A DNA stretch of 64,000 nt from an uncultured Acidobacteriaceae bacterium (GCA_963779555.1 CAVZYS010000014.1:453425-517424); one strand, 5' to 3'; numbered from the stretch's first letter, positions 48,780 through 58,663 are shown. Program-made: numbers and translations. Notes: generated by a model not told the origin, from the letters alone.

Positions 48780-49426
48780 ATGGTAAGGACGTTGAATTTG
48801 ATCGGCGCAACACGGCTCGCCGTGACGCTTGTTGTTTTACTCGCATTGACCCTGGTGGCGCCGTTCACTTACGCCTCTGTTCTCAGCACCGGAAGTTCTG
48901 CGCCGCCGAGCCCGTTGTTCCCAACCGGGACGCTGGTAGCCTCGACATCCGGCACGATTACGACTCCAACTTTCACTGCCAGCTTCACTGAGCAGGTTCT
49001 CTCCGACCCGTTCAATACGTGGTGTGCCGGTTGTCTGGATTTCGTGTACATCGTTCACGAATCTCGGCGCGGATTTTCTCGGGCGTTTCTCAATGTATAG
49101 CTTCGCCGGAGTTTCCGTCGATGCGGAACCGATCCTTTTGGAATCAAGGACCCGACCTACGATTGATCGCAGCCCGGACGGCACGTCGGTTGGGTTCAAC
49201 TTCCCGGCGAGGCGACTCAATCCTTCCGGGAACAAACACGGTGGATCTAGTGATCGAAACTGACGCACGGAAGTTTACGGATGGCTTCGTGTCGGCCCAG
49301 GATGGCACGGCAGGTTTCGCCGACGCCTTCTCACCAATAGCAGCGGTACCGGAGCCGGCATCTCTGATTTTGTTGGGCGGCGGTTTGACGATCCTCGGAG
49401 GACTGCTGCGGAAGAAGCTACGATAG
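48780..49426 (+). pseudogene. PEP-CTERM sorting-domain protein with two frame disruptions
   Basis: Signal peptide in frame 0 (start 48780 after GGAGGA), a middle part in frame +1 (…TNLGADFLGRFSMYSFAGVSVDAEP…DGTSVGFNF) and the end in frame +2 (…ILPGTNTVDLVIETDARKFTDG…VPEPASLILLGGGLTILGGLLRKK). Confidence 0.65.
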
Positions 49427-49571
49427 ACACCCGAAAACGAGGGGAGCAGTAGCGTCGCTTGGCCAGAAGAGCGTCTGCTCCCAACATTATTTTTCATTCG
49501 GTCCGACCGGGTGTCTTGTTCGTGAACAGCGTCGCAATTCACGGGTAATTGATTCCTGGGTGAGGATTGTT

Positions 49572-49976
49572 CTACCGCTTCTTCTCCGTTTTCACCAGGA
49601 TGGAATGGCTCACGGGGACGATGGCGCCGCGCGACGCATCGTTGGCTGCATTGTGGGCGCGGTTCATGACCTCGGTGCGCACGTAGGAGACGAACTCCGA
49701 CATCTGGCGCTGCATTTCTTCCATGCGCTCGCGCATCTGCAGGATGATCGCGATACCGGAGATATTCACGCCCAGGTCGCGCGCCAGTGACAGGATGAGC
49801 TCCAGTCGCTCCAGGTCTTCGTCGGTGTAGAGACGGGTGTTGCCCTCGGTGCGCGACGGCTTCAGCAATCCTTCGCGCTCGTAGAGGCGCAAGGTCTGGG
49901 GATGGATGCCGTACATCTCGGCAACCGAGCTGATCATGTACGCGCCCTGTTTCCTACGCTTGGCCATAGTCCTCAC
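49572..49976 (-). CDS. hspR: MerR-family heat-shock repressor HspR
   Basis: MerR HTH (YMISSVAEMYGIHPQTLRLYEREGLLKPSRTEGNTRLY). Last gene of the dnaK operon, as in HspR systems. Confidence 0.75.
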   Translation of the reverse strand: MRTMAKRRKQGAYMISSVAEMYGIHPQTLRLYEREGLLKPSRTEGNTRLYTDEDLERLELILSLARDLGVNISGIAIILQMRERMEEMQRQMSEFVSYVRTEVMNRAHNAANDASRGAIVPVSHSILVKTEKKR

Positions 49977-49995
49977 GCCCTATCGGCTTTGTAAG

Positions 49996-50015
49996 GGCAC
50001 GGCTTCAGCCGTGCC
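49996..50015. repeat. GGCACGGC hairpin (REP-like)
   Basis: ggcacggc-ttca-gccgtgcc perfect 8-bp stem between the GNAT stop and the hspR start. The same stem recurs at 58919..58938. Confidence 0.75.
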
Positions 50016-50027
50016 TCTTGCGCCTCG

Positions 50028-50594
50028 TTAAATGTCGGGCTTCAGCCCCTGAGGGAAAAACTCCTCCCGCCTCATTGCATACACTAAATGCGGCAGCCCG
50101 TAATGCGTGACCTGCCGCTCCACTGTCATTCTGTTGCGTTCTGCCACCCGCCGCGAGGGCACGTTCTCAGGACGAATCAGCGAGATCACCTTGTCCGCGC
50201 CGCACGGACCAAGCGCCATTGCCATGCAGGCGTGCGCCGCCTCCGTAGCGTAGCCATGTCCCCATTGATCGCGGCGAAAATGATACCCCACTTCCAGCCG
50301 CGTCTCGCCCTCGACTTCCTGCCTGACGATGCCGCAGTCGCCAATGATTTCGTCGCTGCCCTTCAACGTCACCGCGAACAGCCCAAACCCATGCTCGCGG
50401 TAACGCCGCAGGTTGCGCTCGATCCACTGCACGGCGTCGCTGCGGTTGAAAGTTTTCGGATAGTACTGCATGGCCACGTCATCGCCAATGATGGCAAAGA
50501 CGGCGTCCACGTCGTCGCGGCGAAAGCGGCGCAGCGCTAGACGCCCGGTCTCGAGGACCAAATCTTCGGCCGTACTTTGCCTCTCCACCTTCAT
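50028..50594 (-). CDS. GNAT-family N-acetyltransferase (RimJ/RimL-like)
   Basis: LRRFRRDDVDAV..., IGDCGI..., GYHFRRDQWGHGYATEA pattern. Confidence 0.75.
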   Translation of the reverse strand: MKVERQSTAEDLVLETGRLALRRFRRDDVDAVFAIIGDDVAMQYYPKTFNRSDAVQWIERNLRRYREHGFGLFAVTLKGSDEIIGDCGIVRQEVEGETRLEVGYHFRRDQWGHGYATEAAHACMAMALGPCGADKVISLIRPENVPSRRVAERNRMTVERQVTHYGLPHLVYAMRREEFFPQGLKPDI

Positions 50595-50730
50595 TAATCT
50601 CGAACGACCAGTTACCAGCTACCAAAATCTAATTGCCAATTAGTAATTGTCGGTTGCCCCATTCAACCCTGGGCGAAGTCGAAGGGTTGAGCGGGTCTTT
50701 TCAACTCGAAACTCGAAACTTGAAACTTTC

Positions 50731-51939
50731 TTACCGTTGTACCTGCGCCCACAATGCTTCGCGCGGATCTTCAGGATTCAGCTTTGCCAGCTCGCGCAGA
50801 ATCTCCTTGGAACGCTCGTCGCCAATGTTGGGAGCCACGATCTTGATCTCGACGATCTCATCGCCCCTCACGCCTTCCTTCACCGCCGAGGGAACGCCTT
50901 TCTCCCGCAACCGCAGCTTCTGTCCACTCTGCGTGCCCGGCGGAACCTTTAGCAGCGCGCGCCCATCGATGGTGGGGACTTCGACCTTGCCGCCCAGCCC
51001 GGCTTCGGCGAACGACACCGGAACGGCAATGTAGATATCGTCGCCATCGCGCTTGAAAAGCGGATGCTCGCCGACCCGCACCACGATGTAAAGATCGCCG
51101 GCCGGAGCTCCCATGGTGCCGGCATTGCCGCGTCCGGCAAGACGAATGCGCTGCCCATCACGAGTGCCGGCCTTGATCCGCACCTTGAGCGACTCGTCGC
51201 GCTCCACGCGTCCCGCGCCGTGACAGACGTTGCACACGGTGCGATTTTTGCCGCTGCCACCGCACCGGGGGCAGGGCATGTTGAATTTCATGCTGCCGCT
51301 CTTCTGCGTGATCTGGCCTTTGCCCTTGCACTCAGGACAGACCCCGGGGCTCTCGAGGTAGCCGCGTCCGTGGCAGTGCGTACAACTTTCCAGATGCGGC
51401 ACGCTGAGTTGCAGTTCTGCCCCCTGGATGGCCTGCCAGAATCCAACGTTCATTTGGTATTCGAGATCGCTGCCGGGCTCCTGCTCGAATTCCGGTTGGG
51501 CGTGTCCGCCGCGAAACATCGAAGAGAAAATGTCCTTGAATCCGCCACCACCGGCACGGCGGCCCGCGGCGCCAGCTCCCTCCGCGTAGTCGTTGAAGTC
51601 GAATCCCCCGAAGTCGAAGGGAACTTCCTGTCCTCCGCCACGCCCGCCGTCTTCGGACGGGCGACCACCGCCGCGCGCATAGGCCTCTGCCGTCGCGGAG
51701 TCGATGTTGTCGGAGTAGAAGCCGATCTGGTCGTAAATCTTGCGCTTCTTGGGTTCGCTGAGAACGTCGTTGGCCTCGGAGAGCGTCTTGAACTTCTCCT
51801 CAGCGGACTTGTCGCCCGGATTCACGTCGGGATGATATTTGCGCGCGAGTTTGCGAAATGCTTTGCGGATGTCCTCCGCCGAGGCCGTCTTCTTGACCCC
51901 GAGTACCGCGTAATAATCTTTCTTGTCCGTTGTGGCCAT
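50731..51939 (-). CDS. dnaJ: molecular chaperone DnaJ
   Basis: J-domain (DYYAVLGV...YHPDVNP), a G/F region and four CxxCxGxG zinc-finger repeats. Confidence 0.95.
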   Translation of the reverse strand: MATTDKKDYYAVLGVKKTASAEDIRKAFRKLARKYHPDVNPGDKSAEEKFKTLSEANDVLSEPKKRKIYDQIGFYSDNIDSATAEAYARGGGRPSEDGGRGGGQEVPFDFGGFDFNDYAEGAGAAGRRAGGGGFKDIFSSMFRGGHAQPEFEQEPGSDLEYQMNVGFWQAIQGAELQLSVPHLESCTHCHGRGYLESPGVCPECKGKGQITQKSGSMKFNMPCPRCGGSGKNRTVCNVCHGAGRVERDESLKVRIKAGTRDGQRIRLAGRGNAGTMGAPAGDLYIVVRVGEHPLFKRDGDDIYIAVPVSFAEAGLGGKVEVPTIDGRALLKVPPGTQSGQKLRLREKGVPSAVKEGVRGDEIVEIKIVAPNIGDERSKEILRELAKLNPEDPREALWAQVQR

Positions 51940-52035
51940 ATCGCTTCTTTACGAGGCGAGTCCCTCCAGGCGGGGAGGGACTGCCGATCAATGAAACTCT
52001 AACAGAGCGCGCGTCGCGCTCGAATGACGATAACT

Positions 52036-52203
52036 TCAGTTGATGATCGTCTGTCCCTCGCCATCCATGGTGACGTCAACCGTCACGGCCGCGTCGTCAT
52101 CGTTAATCACGCGGACCGATTGCATGTGCCCGAAGTTGGGCGTCAGCACATACCAGCGCCGCTCGTCATGATTGAACGTGAAAAAGTAAGAATGTTCGTT
52201 CAT
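52036..52203 (-). CDS. hypothetical 55-aa protein between dnaK and dnaJ
   Basis: Hand translation gives MNEHSYFFTFNHDERRWYVLTPNFGHMQSVRVINDDDAAVTVDVTMDGEGQTIIN. It falls below the ORF-track size cut-off, and the listed + strand ORF 52024..52209 is its antisense shadow. Confidence 0.4.
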   Translation of the reverse strand: MNEHSYFFTFNHDERRWYVLTPNFGHMQSVRVINDDDAAVTVDVTMDGEGQTIIN

Positions 52204-52294
52204 GTCTGAAAGCAATGCAATCTCCTCGGAAATACAAATCCTGCGACAAGGGGCGCACGCAGCGCCCCTCCCGCAATCACCTAACAGTCACCAG

Positions 52295-54214
52295 TTACTT
52301 CTTATCTTCCACGTCCACGTACTCGGCGTCGATGACACCTTCGTCCTTCTTCTTCTGCTCGCCGCCGGCGTCGCCGTCTCCACCCGGAGCCGGACCACCC
52401 GACGGAGGCGCAGCCTGCGCCTTGTACATGGCTTCGGCCAGCTTGTGCGAAGCCTGGGTCAGGTGTTCGCGTGCCGTGTCCATGACCTTGGCGTCGGTGC
52501 CTTCCAGCGCTTTCTTCGCGTCGCCAAGCGCGTTCTCGACGTCGCTACGTTCCTGCCCGGAGATCTTGTCGCCATGCTCGCGCAGCATCTTCTCGATCTG
52601 ATAGACCATGCCGTCGAGCTGGTTGCGCGACTCGATTTCCGCACGCCGCGCCTTGTCCTCGGCCGCGTGAGCGTCGGCTTCCTTCGCCATGCGCTCCACT
52701 TCTTCCTTGCTCAGGCCCGAAGACGACGTGATCGTGATCTTCTGGTCCTTGCCCGTGGCCATGTCCTTGGCGTTCACGTTGAGGATGCCGTTGGCGTCGA
52801 TGTCGAACGTAACTTCAATCTTTGGAACGCCGCGCGGAGCCATCGGCAGACCGGTCAGGTGGAACTTGCCCAGCGTGCGGTTGTCTTTCGCCATCGGACG
52901 TTCGCCCTGCAGCACGTGCACCTCAACCGAATCCTGGTTGTCTGCCGCCGTCGAAAACGTTTCCGTCTTCTTCGTCGGAATGGTGGTGTTGCGCTGAATC
53001 ATCGGCGTCGCCACGCCGCCAAGTGTCTCAATCGAAAGGGTTAGCGGAGTCACGTCGAGCAGCAGCAGGTCCTTCACCTCGCCGCCCAACACGCCACCCT
53101 GGATCGCCGCGCCAATCGCGACGACTTCGTCCGGATTCACGCCCTTGTGGGGCTCCCTGCCGAATAGCTTCTTCACCAGCGCCTGGATCGCGGGCATGCG
53201 GGTCTGTCCACCGACCAGCACCACTTCGTCGATCTTGTCGGCGGTGATGCCGGCATCCTTGATCGCCCGTTCGCACGGGCCGATGGAGCGATCGATCAAA
53301 TCGCGCACCATTTCCTCGAGTTTTGAACGAGTTAGCGTCTTCACCAGGTGCTTCGGCCCTGCTGCATCCGCCGTAATAAACGGCAGATTGATTTCCGTCT
53401 GCATCGTGGTCGACAGCTCGATCTTGGCGCGCTCGGCTGCATCGCGTAACCTCTGCAGTGCCATTTCGTTACCCTTGGCCCGCAGGTCCAGCCCTTCGTC
53501 CTTCTGGAACTCCGCAATCAACCAGTCCACAATCCGCTGATCGATGTTGTCGCCGCCTAAGTGTGTGTCACCATTGGTCGATTTGACTTCGATCACGCCC
53601 TCGCCGACTTCGAGGATCGAAATATCGAAGGTGCCACCGCCAAAGTCATATACGGCAATGGTTTCGTCCTTTTTCTTGTCGAGCCCGTAGGCCAGCGCGG
53701 CCGCTGTCGGCTCGTTGATGATGCGTTTCACCTCGAGCCCGGCAATCTGGCCGGCATCTTTGGTCGCCTGGCGCTGCGCATCGTTGAAGTACGCCGGAAC
53801 CGTGATCACGGCGTCCGTAACCTTCTCGCCGAGATAGTCTTCCGCGGCCTTCTTTAACTTCTGTAGAATCAACGCGGAAATCTGCGGCGGAGTGAATTCC
53901 TGTCCCTGCGCCACGATCGCCACGTGATCGCCCGACTTCACCACTTTGTACGGAACCATCTTCATTTCTTCCGAAACTTCATCATAGCGACGGCCCATGA
54001 AGCGCTTGATGGAGTAGACGGTATTCTCGGGGTTGGTAATTGCTTGACGCTTAGCGACTTGGCCTACCAAACGTTCGCCGTTTTTGGTGAAACCGACGAC
54101 CGATGGCGTAGTCCGCCCGCCTTCTTCGTTGGGGATGACTTTGGGCTCGCCGCCTTCCATCACGGCGACCACGGAGTTCGTGGTGCCCAAGTCAATTCCG
54201 ATAATTTTACCCAT
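52295..54214 (-). CDS. dnaK: molecular chaperone DnaK
   Basis: [17 protein letters not shown] and other full-length Hsp70 signature motifs. Confidence 0.97.
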   Translation of the reverse strand: MGKIIGIDLGTTNSVVAVMEGGEPKVIPNEEGGRTTPSVVGFTKNGERLVGQVAKRQAITNPENTVYSIKRFMGRRYDEVSEEMKMVPYKVVKSGDHVAIVAQGQEFTPPQISALILQKLKKAAEDYLGEKVTDAVITVPAYFNDAQRQATKDAGQIAGLEVKRIINEPTAAALAYGLDKKKDETIAVYDFGGGTFDISILEVGEGVIEVKSTNGDTHLGGDNIDQRIVDWLIAEFQKDEGLDLRAKGNEMALQRLRDAAERAKIELSTTMQTEINLPFITADAAGPKHLVKTLTRSKLEEMVRDLIDRSIGPCERAIKDAGITADKIDEVVLVGGQTRMPAIQALVKKLFGREPHKGVNPDEVVAIGAAIQGGVLGGEVKDLLLLDVTPLTLSIETLGGVATPMIQRNTTIPTKKTETFSTAADNQDSVEVHVLQGERPMAKDNRTLGKFHLTGLPMAPRGVPKIEVTFDIDANGILNVNAKDMATGKDQKITITSSSGLSKEEVERMAKEADAHAAEDKARRAEIESRNQLDGMVYQIEKMLREHGDKISGQERSDVENALGDAKKALEGTDAKVMDTAREHLTQASHKLAEAMYKAQAAPPSGGPAPGGDGDAGGEQKKKDEGVIDAEYVDVEDKK

Positions 54215-54300
54215 TTGTGCCGCCCTCCTAAATCTTGATGATTCCGTAACTTAATGATCAGTAGGAACTTAGCGTAAAGCAACCGCTTTATAGCATCTCC

Positions 54301-54330
54301 ACTATAGAACTTGAGTGTCTTACTGTCAAG
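54301..54330 (-). promoter_or_regulatory. dnaK promoter (TTGACA-17-TATAGT) overlapped by a HAIR-like HspR operator
   Basis: Minus strand reads CTTGACA-gtaagac-ACTCAAG-ttc-TATAGT. The -35 and -10 hexamers are 17 nt apart. The inverted repeat matches CTTGAGT-N7-ACTCAAG at 12 of 14 positions. It lies about 90 nt upstream of the dnaK ATG. Confidence 0.6.
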
Positions 54331-54560
54331 GTGTTAGATGAGGAAAAGCGAGTGTGGGGTGCACCAAATTAGGACGGGTTGTGGGAGGTTCCGGAAAAAT
54401 CCCCACCTCGGGCAAAAGAATGTCCAGTCCCACGACACCCTGTAAAGGATGTCATGGGACTGAACAAAAAGAAGGCGGGATGGGGCACCCGACAAGACGC
54501 TGGACCCGGAAAAGCCGACCGAAAATGGGATGGCTTATAACATTCGTTATAATGGTTTTT

Positions 54561-54782
54561 ATGAAGACCAAATTGCGCAAGATCGGGAGCGGGTACGGGG
54601 TGCTGCTACCGAAGAAGGTCATCGACAACCTGCGGCTGTCGGTGGGAGACGAGTTGGAGCTGACCGAGAGCGAAGCGGGCATCGAACTGTCGCCGTTCGA
54701 TCCGGACTTTGCGGAGCAGGTGGAGGTGTTCCGTCGGACGGAGGGGCAGCACCGCAACAGCTATCGCGAGTTAGGGAAATGA
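54561..54782 (+). CDS. AbrB/MazE/SpoVT-family antitoxin
   Basis: MKTKLRKIGSGYGVLLPKKVIDNLRLSVGDELEL swapped-hairpin pattern. Its stop overlaps the Doc ATG (ATGA). Confidence 0.7.
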   Translation: MKTKLRKIGSGYGVLLPKKVIDNLRLSVGDELELTESEAGIELSPFDPDFAEQVEVFRRTEGQHRNSYRELGK

Positions 54783-55204
54783 GGGCAGTTAGAGAACTGA
54801 CGGCGCGACGACTACGACGGCTGGACATGCGTGGACTGATCGCGATCCACGGGGAACTGCTGGCGCGCTACGGCAGCAAGCTTGGCTCTGGGAAGTCCAA
54901 AGAAGTGGACATGGCGATGCTGGAGCTGTCGATCGCGCGCTCGGAACTGGTGGTGCGTGAGCGGCACTGGAGGAGCGGAGCGCGGCTGGCTGCGGGGTAC
55001 GGATGGCGGATACTGACGAACCGTCCGTTCGCCGCGGGGAACAAACGGATGGCGCTGGCGGCGATGGTGACTTTCCTGGAGATGAACGGCTTCACGTGGA
55101 AGTGTGGCGAGGTGGAAGAGACGGTCATGGTGCTGCGAGCCGCCGCGAAAGGAATGAAGGAAGACGAGTGGGAAGCGTGGGTGCTGAGGAACGTCAGCAA
55201 ATAG
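54779..55204 (+). CDS. doc: Doc/Fic-family toxin homologue with a degenerate active-site motif
   Basis: Doc-like fold pattern with NRPFAAGNKRMALAAMVTFLEMNG where the canonical sequence is HxFxD(A/G)NKR. Confidence 0.7.
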   Translation: MRAVRELTARRLRRLDMRGLIAIHGELLARYGSKLGSGKSKEVDMAMLELSIARSELVVRERHWRSGARLAAGYGWRILTNRPFAAGNKRMALAAMVTFLEMNGFTWKCGEVEETVMVLRAAAKGMKEDEWEAWVLRNVSK

Positions 55205-55259
55205 TTGTCAGTTGTCGGTGGCCAGTTGTCAGTTTCAATAAGCAATAGGCAATATAGCA
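55203..55259 (+). repeat. tandem heptamer array (AGTTGTC-type, about 8 units)
   Basis: agttgtc agttgtc ggtggcc agttgtc agtttca ataagca ataggca atatagca, starting within the doc stop codon. Confidence 0.8.
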
Positions 55260-55274
55260 ATGAGTGATGACGCT

Positions 55275-55496
55275 TCACGCACCGACCTTGAGAGTCTCCC
55301 GGATCACGTCCTGTCCGGTGATCGCTTCCTCAGCCAGGGTGCGATTGGCTTCGAGGACGAGCGAGACGGCTTCCTGCAAGTTGGCGCGGGCTTCGTCCAG
55401 GGTGGCGCCCTGGGTATTCGCGCCGGGGAGCTCCTCAACAAATGCGATGTATCCCTCGGGAACTCGGCGGAAAACGGCGGTGAACTGAAGATCCAT
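55275..55496 (-). CDS. hicB: HicB-family antitoxin (orphan)
   Basis: MDLQFTAVFRRVPEGYIAFVEELPGANTQGATLDEARANLQEAVSLVLE is the typical HicB/UPF0150 N-terminal domain. No hicA is adjacent. Confidence 0.7.
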   Translation of the reverse strand: MDLQFTAVFRRVPEGYIAFVEELPGANTQGATLDEARANLQEAVSLVLEANRTLAEEAITGQDVIRETLKVGA

Positions 55497-55560
55497 GACG
55501 GTATGATACGCGGTTCTTTTCGTTTGCGCGCTCCGGGTCGCCGCGACGATCCTTCACGTT

Positions 55561-55626
55561 TTGTCATCACGAACGAAGTGAGGGATCTGCTCTTACTGGC
55601 AACTGGACACTGGCAACTGGTTTTGG
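55561..55626 (-). repeat. composite repeat: GATGACAA/GGGATCTGC motif plus CCAGTTG heptamer array (inverted relative to 55203 and 58826)
   Basis: Plus strand: ttgtcatcacgaacgaagtgagggatctgctcttactg gcaactg gacactg gcaactg g. The reverse complement matches 58826..58899 block for block. Confidence 0.75.
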
Positions 55627-55721
55627 AAGAGACGGCCATGGTGCTGCGAGCCGCCGCAGGAAAAATGAAGGAAGCCGAGTGGGAAGCGTGGGTGGTGGGG
55701 AAGGTGGGGAAGAGGGAGTAG
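55626..55721 (+). pseudogene. 3' remnant of a second doc paralogue
   Basis: EETAMVLRAAAGKMKEAEWEAWVVGKVGKRE* parallels the doc C-terminus EETVMVLRAAAKGMKEDEWEAWVLRNVSK*. The DNA is also clearly homologous to 55119..55204. Confidence 0.7.
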
Positions 55722-56018
55722 GCCATTGGCAAATCGGTTTACCCCAGGGAGGCACGGAGGTTTCGGGACGTACAACCACCATACGTAGGCATTGTAGGCT
55801 AGGCGCGCCGACGGTCAGTTTCAAGTTCTTGGCTTGGAAAATCCCACCTCGCCTGAGTGTACGTCTCGTGATATCTCTCACAGACGCCAGTCTTAATCGC
55901 GCGTAGAATGCGTTTTGGTTCGTCCTCAAGTCGCTGAGCTTGCGGGGACACAAAAGAGGATCGCCGGAATCTATAAGCAGGATTGCGCCCGATATTTTGC
56001 ACAAGGGAAGGGTAGACA

Positions 56019-57321
56019 GTGAAGAAAATCTTCCTTGGTTATTACAGGCCTGACGAACCCGAGCTGCGAGTTATGTGGGAGAAGAGCATCTTTGTTATAG
56101 ATGCGAACGTAATGTTGAACCTCTACCGTTACTCGCAAGACACAAGGAATAAACTCATTGCTGCCCTAAAACAGTTTTCGCCAAGACTGTGGGTTCCACA
56201 TCAGGCTGCATGGGAATACCAACGAAATCGTTTGGATGTGATTTCTAAACAACGCGAAGCATATAACGAGATTGAGCGCGCATTTGCCGAGACGCCTAAG
56301 AAGTTGGAGTCTGTACTCGGAGCTTACAACAAACATCCTCTTATAAATATTGAAGCGCTGCTCGGTCCGATTCGGGCCGCCTTTGAGACGCAGGCGCGGG
56401 AACTCGGGAAGGTTCGAGAACAGCATCCCGATCTTGTCGAAGAGGATAAGATCCGAGAGATACTGACAAAGTTACTTGAGAATAAAGTAGGCTCGCCTTA
56501 CTCCGGAGACCAATTATCACAGTTATGTAAAGAAGGTGCTGATCGATACTCTAAACAGATACCTCCTGGGTTTTTAGACGAGAAGAAAGACGGAGACAGA
56601 AAGTTCGGCGACTTCATATTGTGGCGGCAGGTGCTGGACAAGGCGAAAGAGAAGAAAAGCCCGGTCATCATAGTCACTGACGATGCAAAGGAAGATTGGT
56701 GGTGGAAACATCAAGGAAAGATCATCGGTCCTCGGCCAGGAGCTGGTGGAAGAGATGCGGGCTACGGCAAACGTTTCTTTCTACATGTACCGATCAGACC
56801 AGTTTCTGGAACACGCAGCGAGGTATCTGAAACAACATGTTGATCAGGCGGCTATCGCTGAGGTTCGAGATATAAGGAATCGAGATGAAGAGCTACGCAG
56901 ACGGCTTCAGCGGTCAAAAGCGATGGAATCCTACCGCATGAGAAAGTTAGCGGAGCAGCGAGGCATGGCCACCGCCGAACTCACCCAAGTTGTATCAAAA
57001 ATTGGCGAACTTGAGCACGACTTGAACGAGGCTTACACGTTAGGAGTCTCCGACAAACCTCATGAAGTAGAGCGAATCATACTTGAGATTGAATCCCAGC
57101 TTCATAGTGCATTGGCACGAAGAACGGAGCTGGAAAAGTTAATTGTCGAATTGGATCAGGATCCTGTGAGAGTTTCGTTGGCGCCGCGGACATTTCTACC
57201 TGACGTCGCTCAAATCCCAATCCCTGCACCGGTCGAAGCGCCAGGAATTCGTGAACTCCGTGAGCCCCTCCGGCGACCGCGTTTTCGGAGACAGCTTTCG
57301 GATGACTCTGTTGAGAATTGA
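56019..57321 (+). pseudogene. PIN-like-domain protein with coiled-coil C-terminus, frame-disrupted
   Basis: ORF 56019..56843 has a PIN-like pattern (IFVIDANVMLNLYRYS...RLWVPHQAAWEYQRNR...VIIVTDDAKEDWW). ORF 56683..57321 continues the text (…GPRP|ELVEEMRATANVSFYMYRSDQFLEHAA…). The junction is near 56736..56741. Clearly AT-richer than its surroundings. Confidence 0.6.
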
Positions 57322-57521
57322 CTAACGCGCAGTTAGGCCGGAGCTTAGGCCCGGTGCCCAGGTTCGAGTCGATCTTTTCGATGTTACCCCAGGTGTTCAA
57401 CCCCGTCGCGGGCTGGTGGCTCGGGTAATGGCTGTCAATGGAGAGGTGTCTTCCCGTGCCCCGCTTCATGCGGGTCACCCGCGAGAAACACCGCCCAGTG
57501 TGCAGGCACCGTTGCACATTG

Positions 57522-58454
57522 CTACTCTTCGAAGTAATCAGAGTCGAGCTTCGGCACCCGCAAGGACCTAAGCGTCACGCCAACTTCGTGCTCGATCATT
57601 AGGTCGGCGAGCCTGTCACCGTCAACGAGGACGACTCGCTCGACCGACTTCGCGAAGTCGATTGCTTGCTGACTGAAAGCTGACGTGGTTATGAACACAC
57701 CTTTATTGGCTCTCTGTCCGGCGAGCGCGCCGTAAAAGGCTTGAACTTCGGGACGTCCAACAGACCCTTGCCACCGCTTGGCTTGCACGTACACCTTCTC
57801 CAAGCCGAGACGGTCCAGCGAGATCACGCCGTCGATTCCTCCGTCTCCGGAACGACCCACCCGGAGGAGGTCTGAACGACTCGTGCCGTACCCCATTTTG
57901 TGGAGAAGATCGAGCACGATTGTTTCGAAGTACTCAGGCGAAACCTGGGAAAGCATGTCGACGAGCTCGCCCGTGACCGCTTGCCGCAATTCCGACAAGG
58001 CTTGCTCAAGTCGGTCGTCGGGGCTCGCCTTGGCGCTTTCGCGTGCGTGCGCTTCGACCGGACTAGCGGTGGATTCTCCGTTGTCGGTCGGTGGGCGAAG
58101 GCGAACATCCTTGTGCTCGGTGGCGATCTTCTCCACTGTGTCAGGAGTGAGCGGTGCCGCATTGCTGCTGGCGAACGCTCGCCCTTGATCGGTCAGCTGC
58201 CAATATCCGCGCCGAAGGCTGCTTGAAAAACCCGCCCGCTTAAGACGGTCGTGCGCCCAGCCGACGCGGTTCTTGTACACACGCTGAGTACCGCTGGGGA
58301 GGACTTCCGCCCGGTCGGCGTCATTCAAGTGCAGCGATGCAGCTGCGGCGTCATGTACGTCGCGTGCGGGCGCTCCGTCTGGATGCTCTGCGAGGTAACG
58401 CAGCACGGGTTCGATAAATTGGTCATACGTCGGGACTGGCATTCTCTTCCTCAA
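57522..58454 (-). CDS. mrr: Mrr-family restriction endonuclease
   Basis: Mrr_N winged-helix (PTYDQFIEPVLRYLAEH...YKNRVGWAHDRLKRAGF) and the Mrr catalytic core (GDGGIDGVI...VYVQAKRW...GVFITTSAF). Confidence 0.85.
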   Translation of the reverse strand: MRKRMPVPTYDQFIEPVLRYLAEHPDGAPARDVHDAAAASLHLNDADRAEVLPSGTQRVYKNRVGWAHDRLKRAGFSSSLRRGYWQLTDQGRAFASSNAAPLTPDTVEKIATEHKDVRLRPPTDNGESTASPVEAHARESAKASPDDRLEQALSELRQAVTGELVDMLSQVSPEYFETIVLDLLHKMGYGTSRSDLLRVGRSGDGGIDGVISLDRLGLEKVYVQAKRWQGSVGRPEVQAFYGALAGQRANKGVFITTSAFSQQAIDFAKSVERVVLVDGDRLADLMIEHEVGVTLRSLRVPKLDSDYFEE

Positions 58455-58663
58455 GCGGACGAAGGTTCGCGGGCCCGCTTACACGACACCGTCAAAGCTA
58501 CAGCAACGGCGGGACTGAGTTCACTTTGACTCCTAAGAGGGTGAAAACGCAATGCCATACCGCACAGAGTCCAGTGACTTCCGATCCGGCGGGTGGCCCG
58601 GCCAACGCTCAAACTAACTTGGGTGCCCCGTTCTACCGAAGGTAGGGCGGGCGCGACGGGCGG

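Noticed and set aside
54354-54560. N-terminal 69 residues of the 142-aa ORF containing the AbrB-type antitoxin
   Set aside because: This part covers the dnaK promoter-distal intergenic region and has no homology pattern. The antitoxin domain begins at the internal MKTKLRKIG, so the start was moved to 54561.
55497-55600. Possible hicA toxin gene upstream of hicB
   Set aside because: Translating all three minus-strand frames gives only short stop-interrupted peptides. The region is occupied by the repeat motif.
57350-57380. tRNA-like T-arm string (cccaggttcgagtc) between the PIN-like gene and mrr, considered as a possible tRNA gene or island att remnant
   Set aside because: No acceptor or anticodon stem can be drawn around it. 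A 13-nt resemblance is too weak to call.
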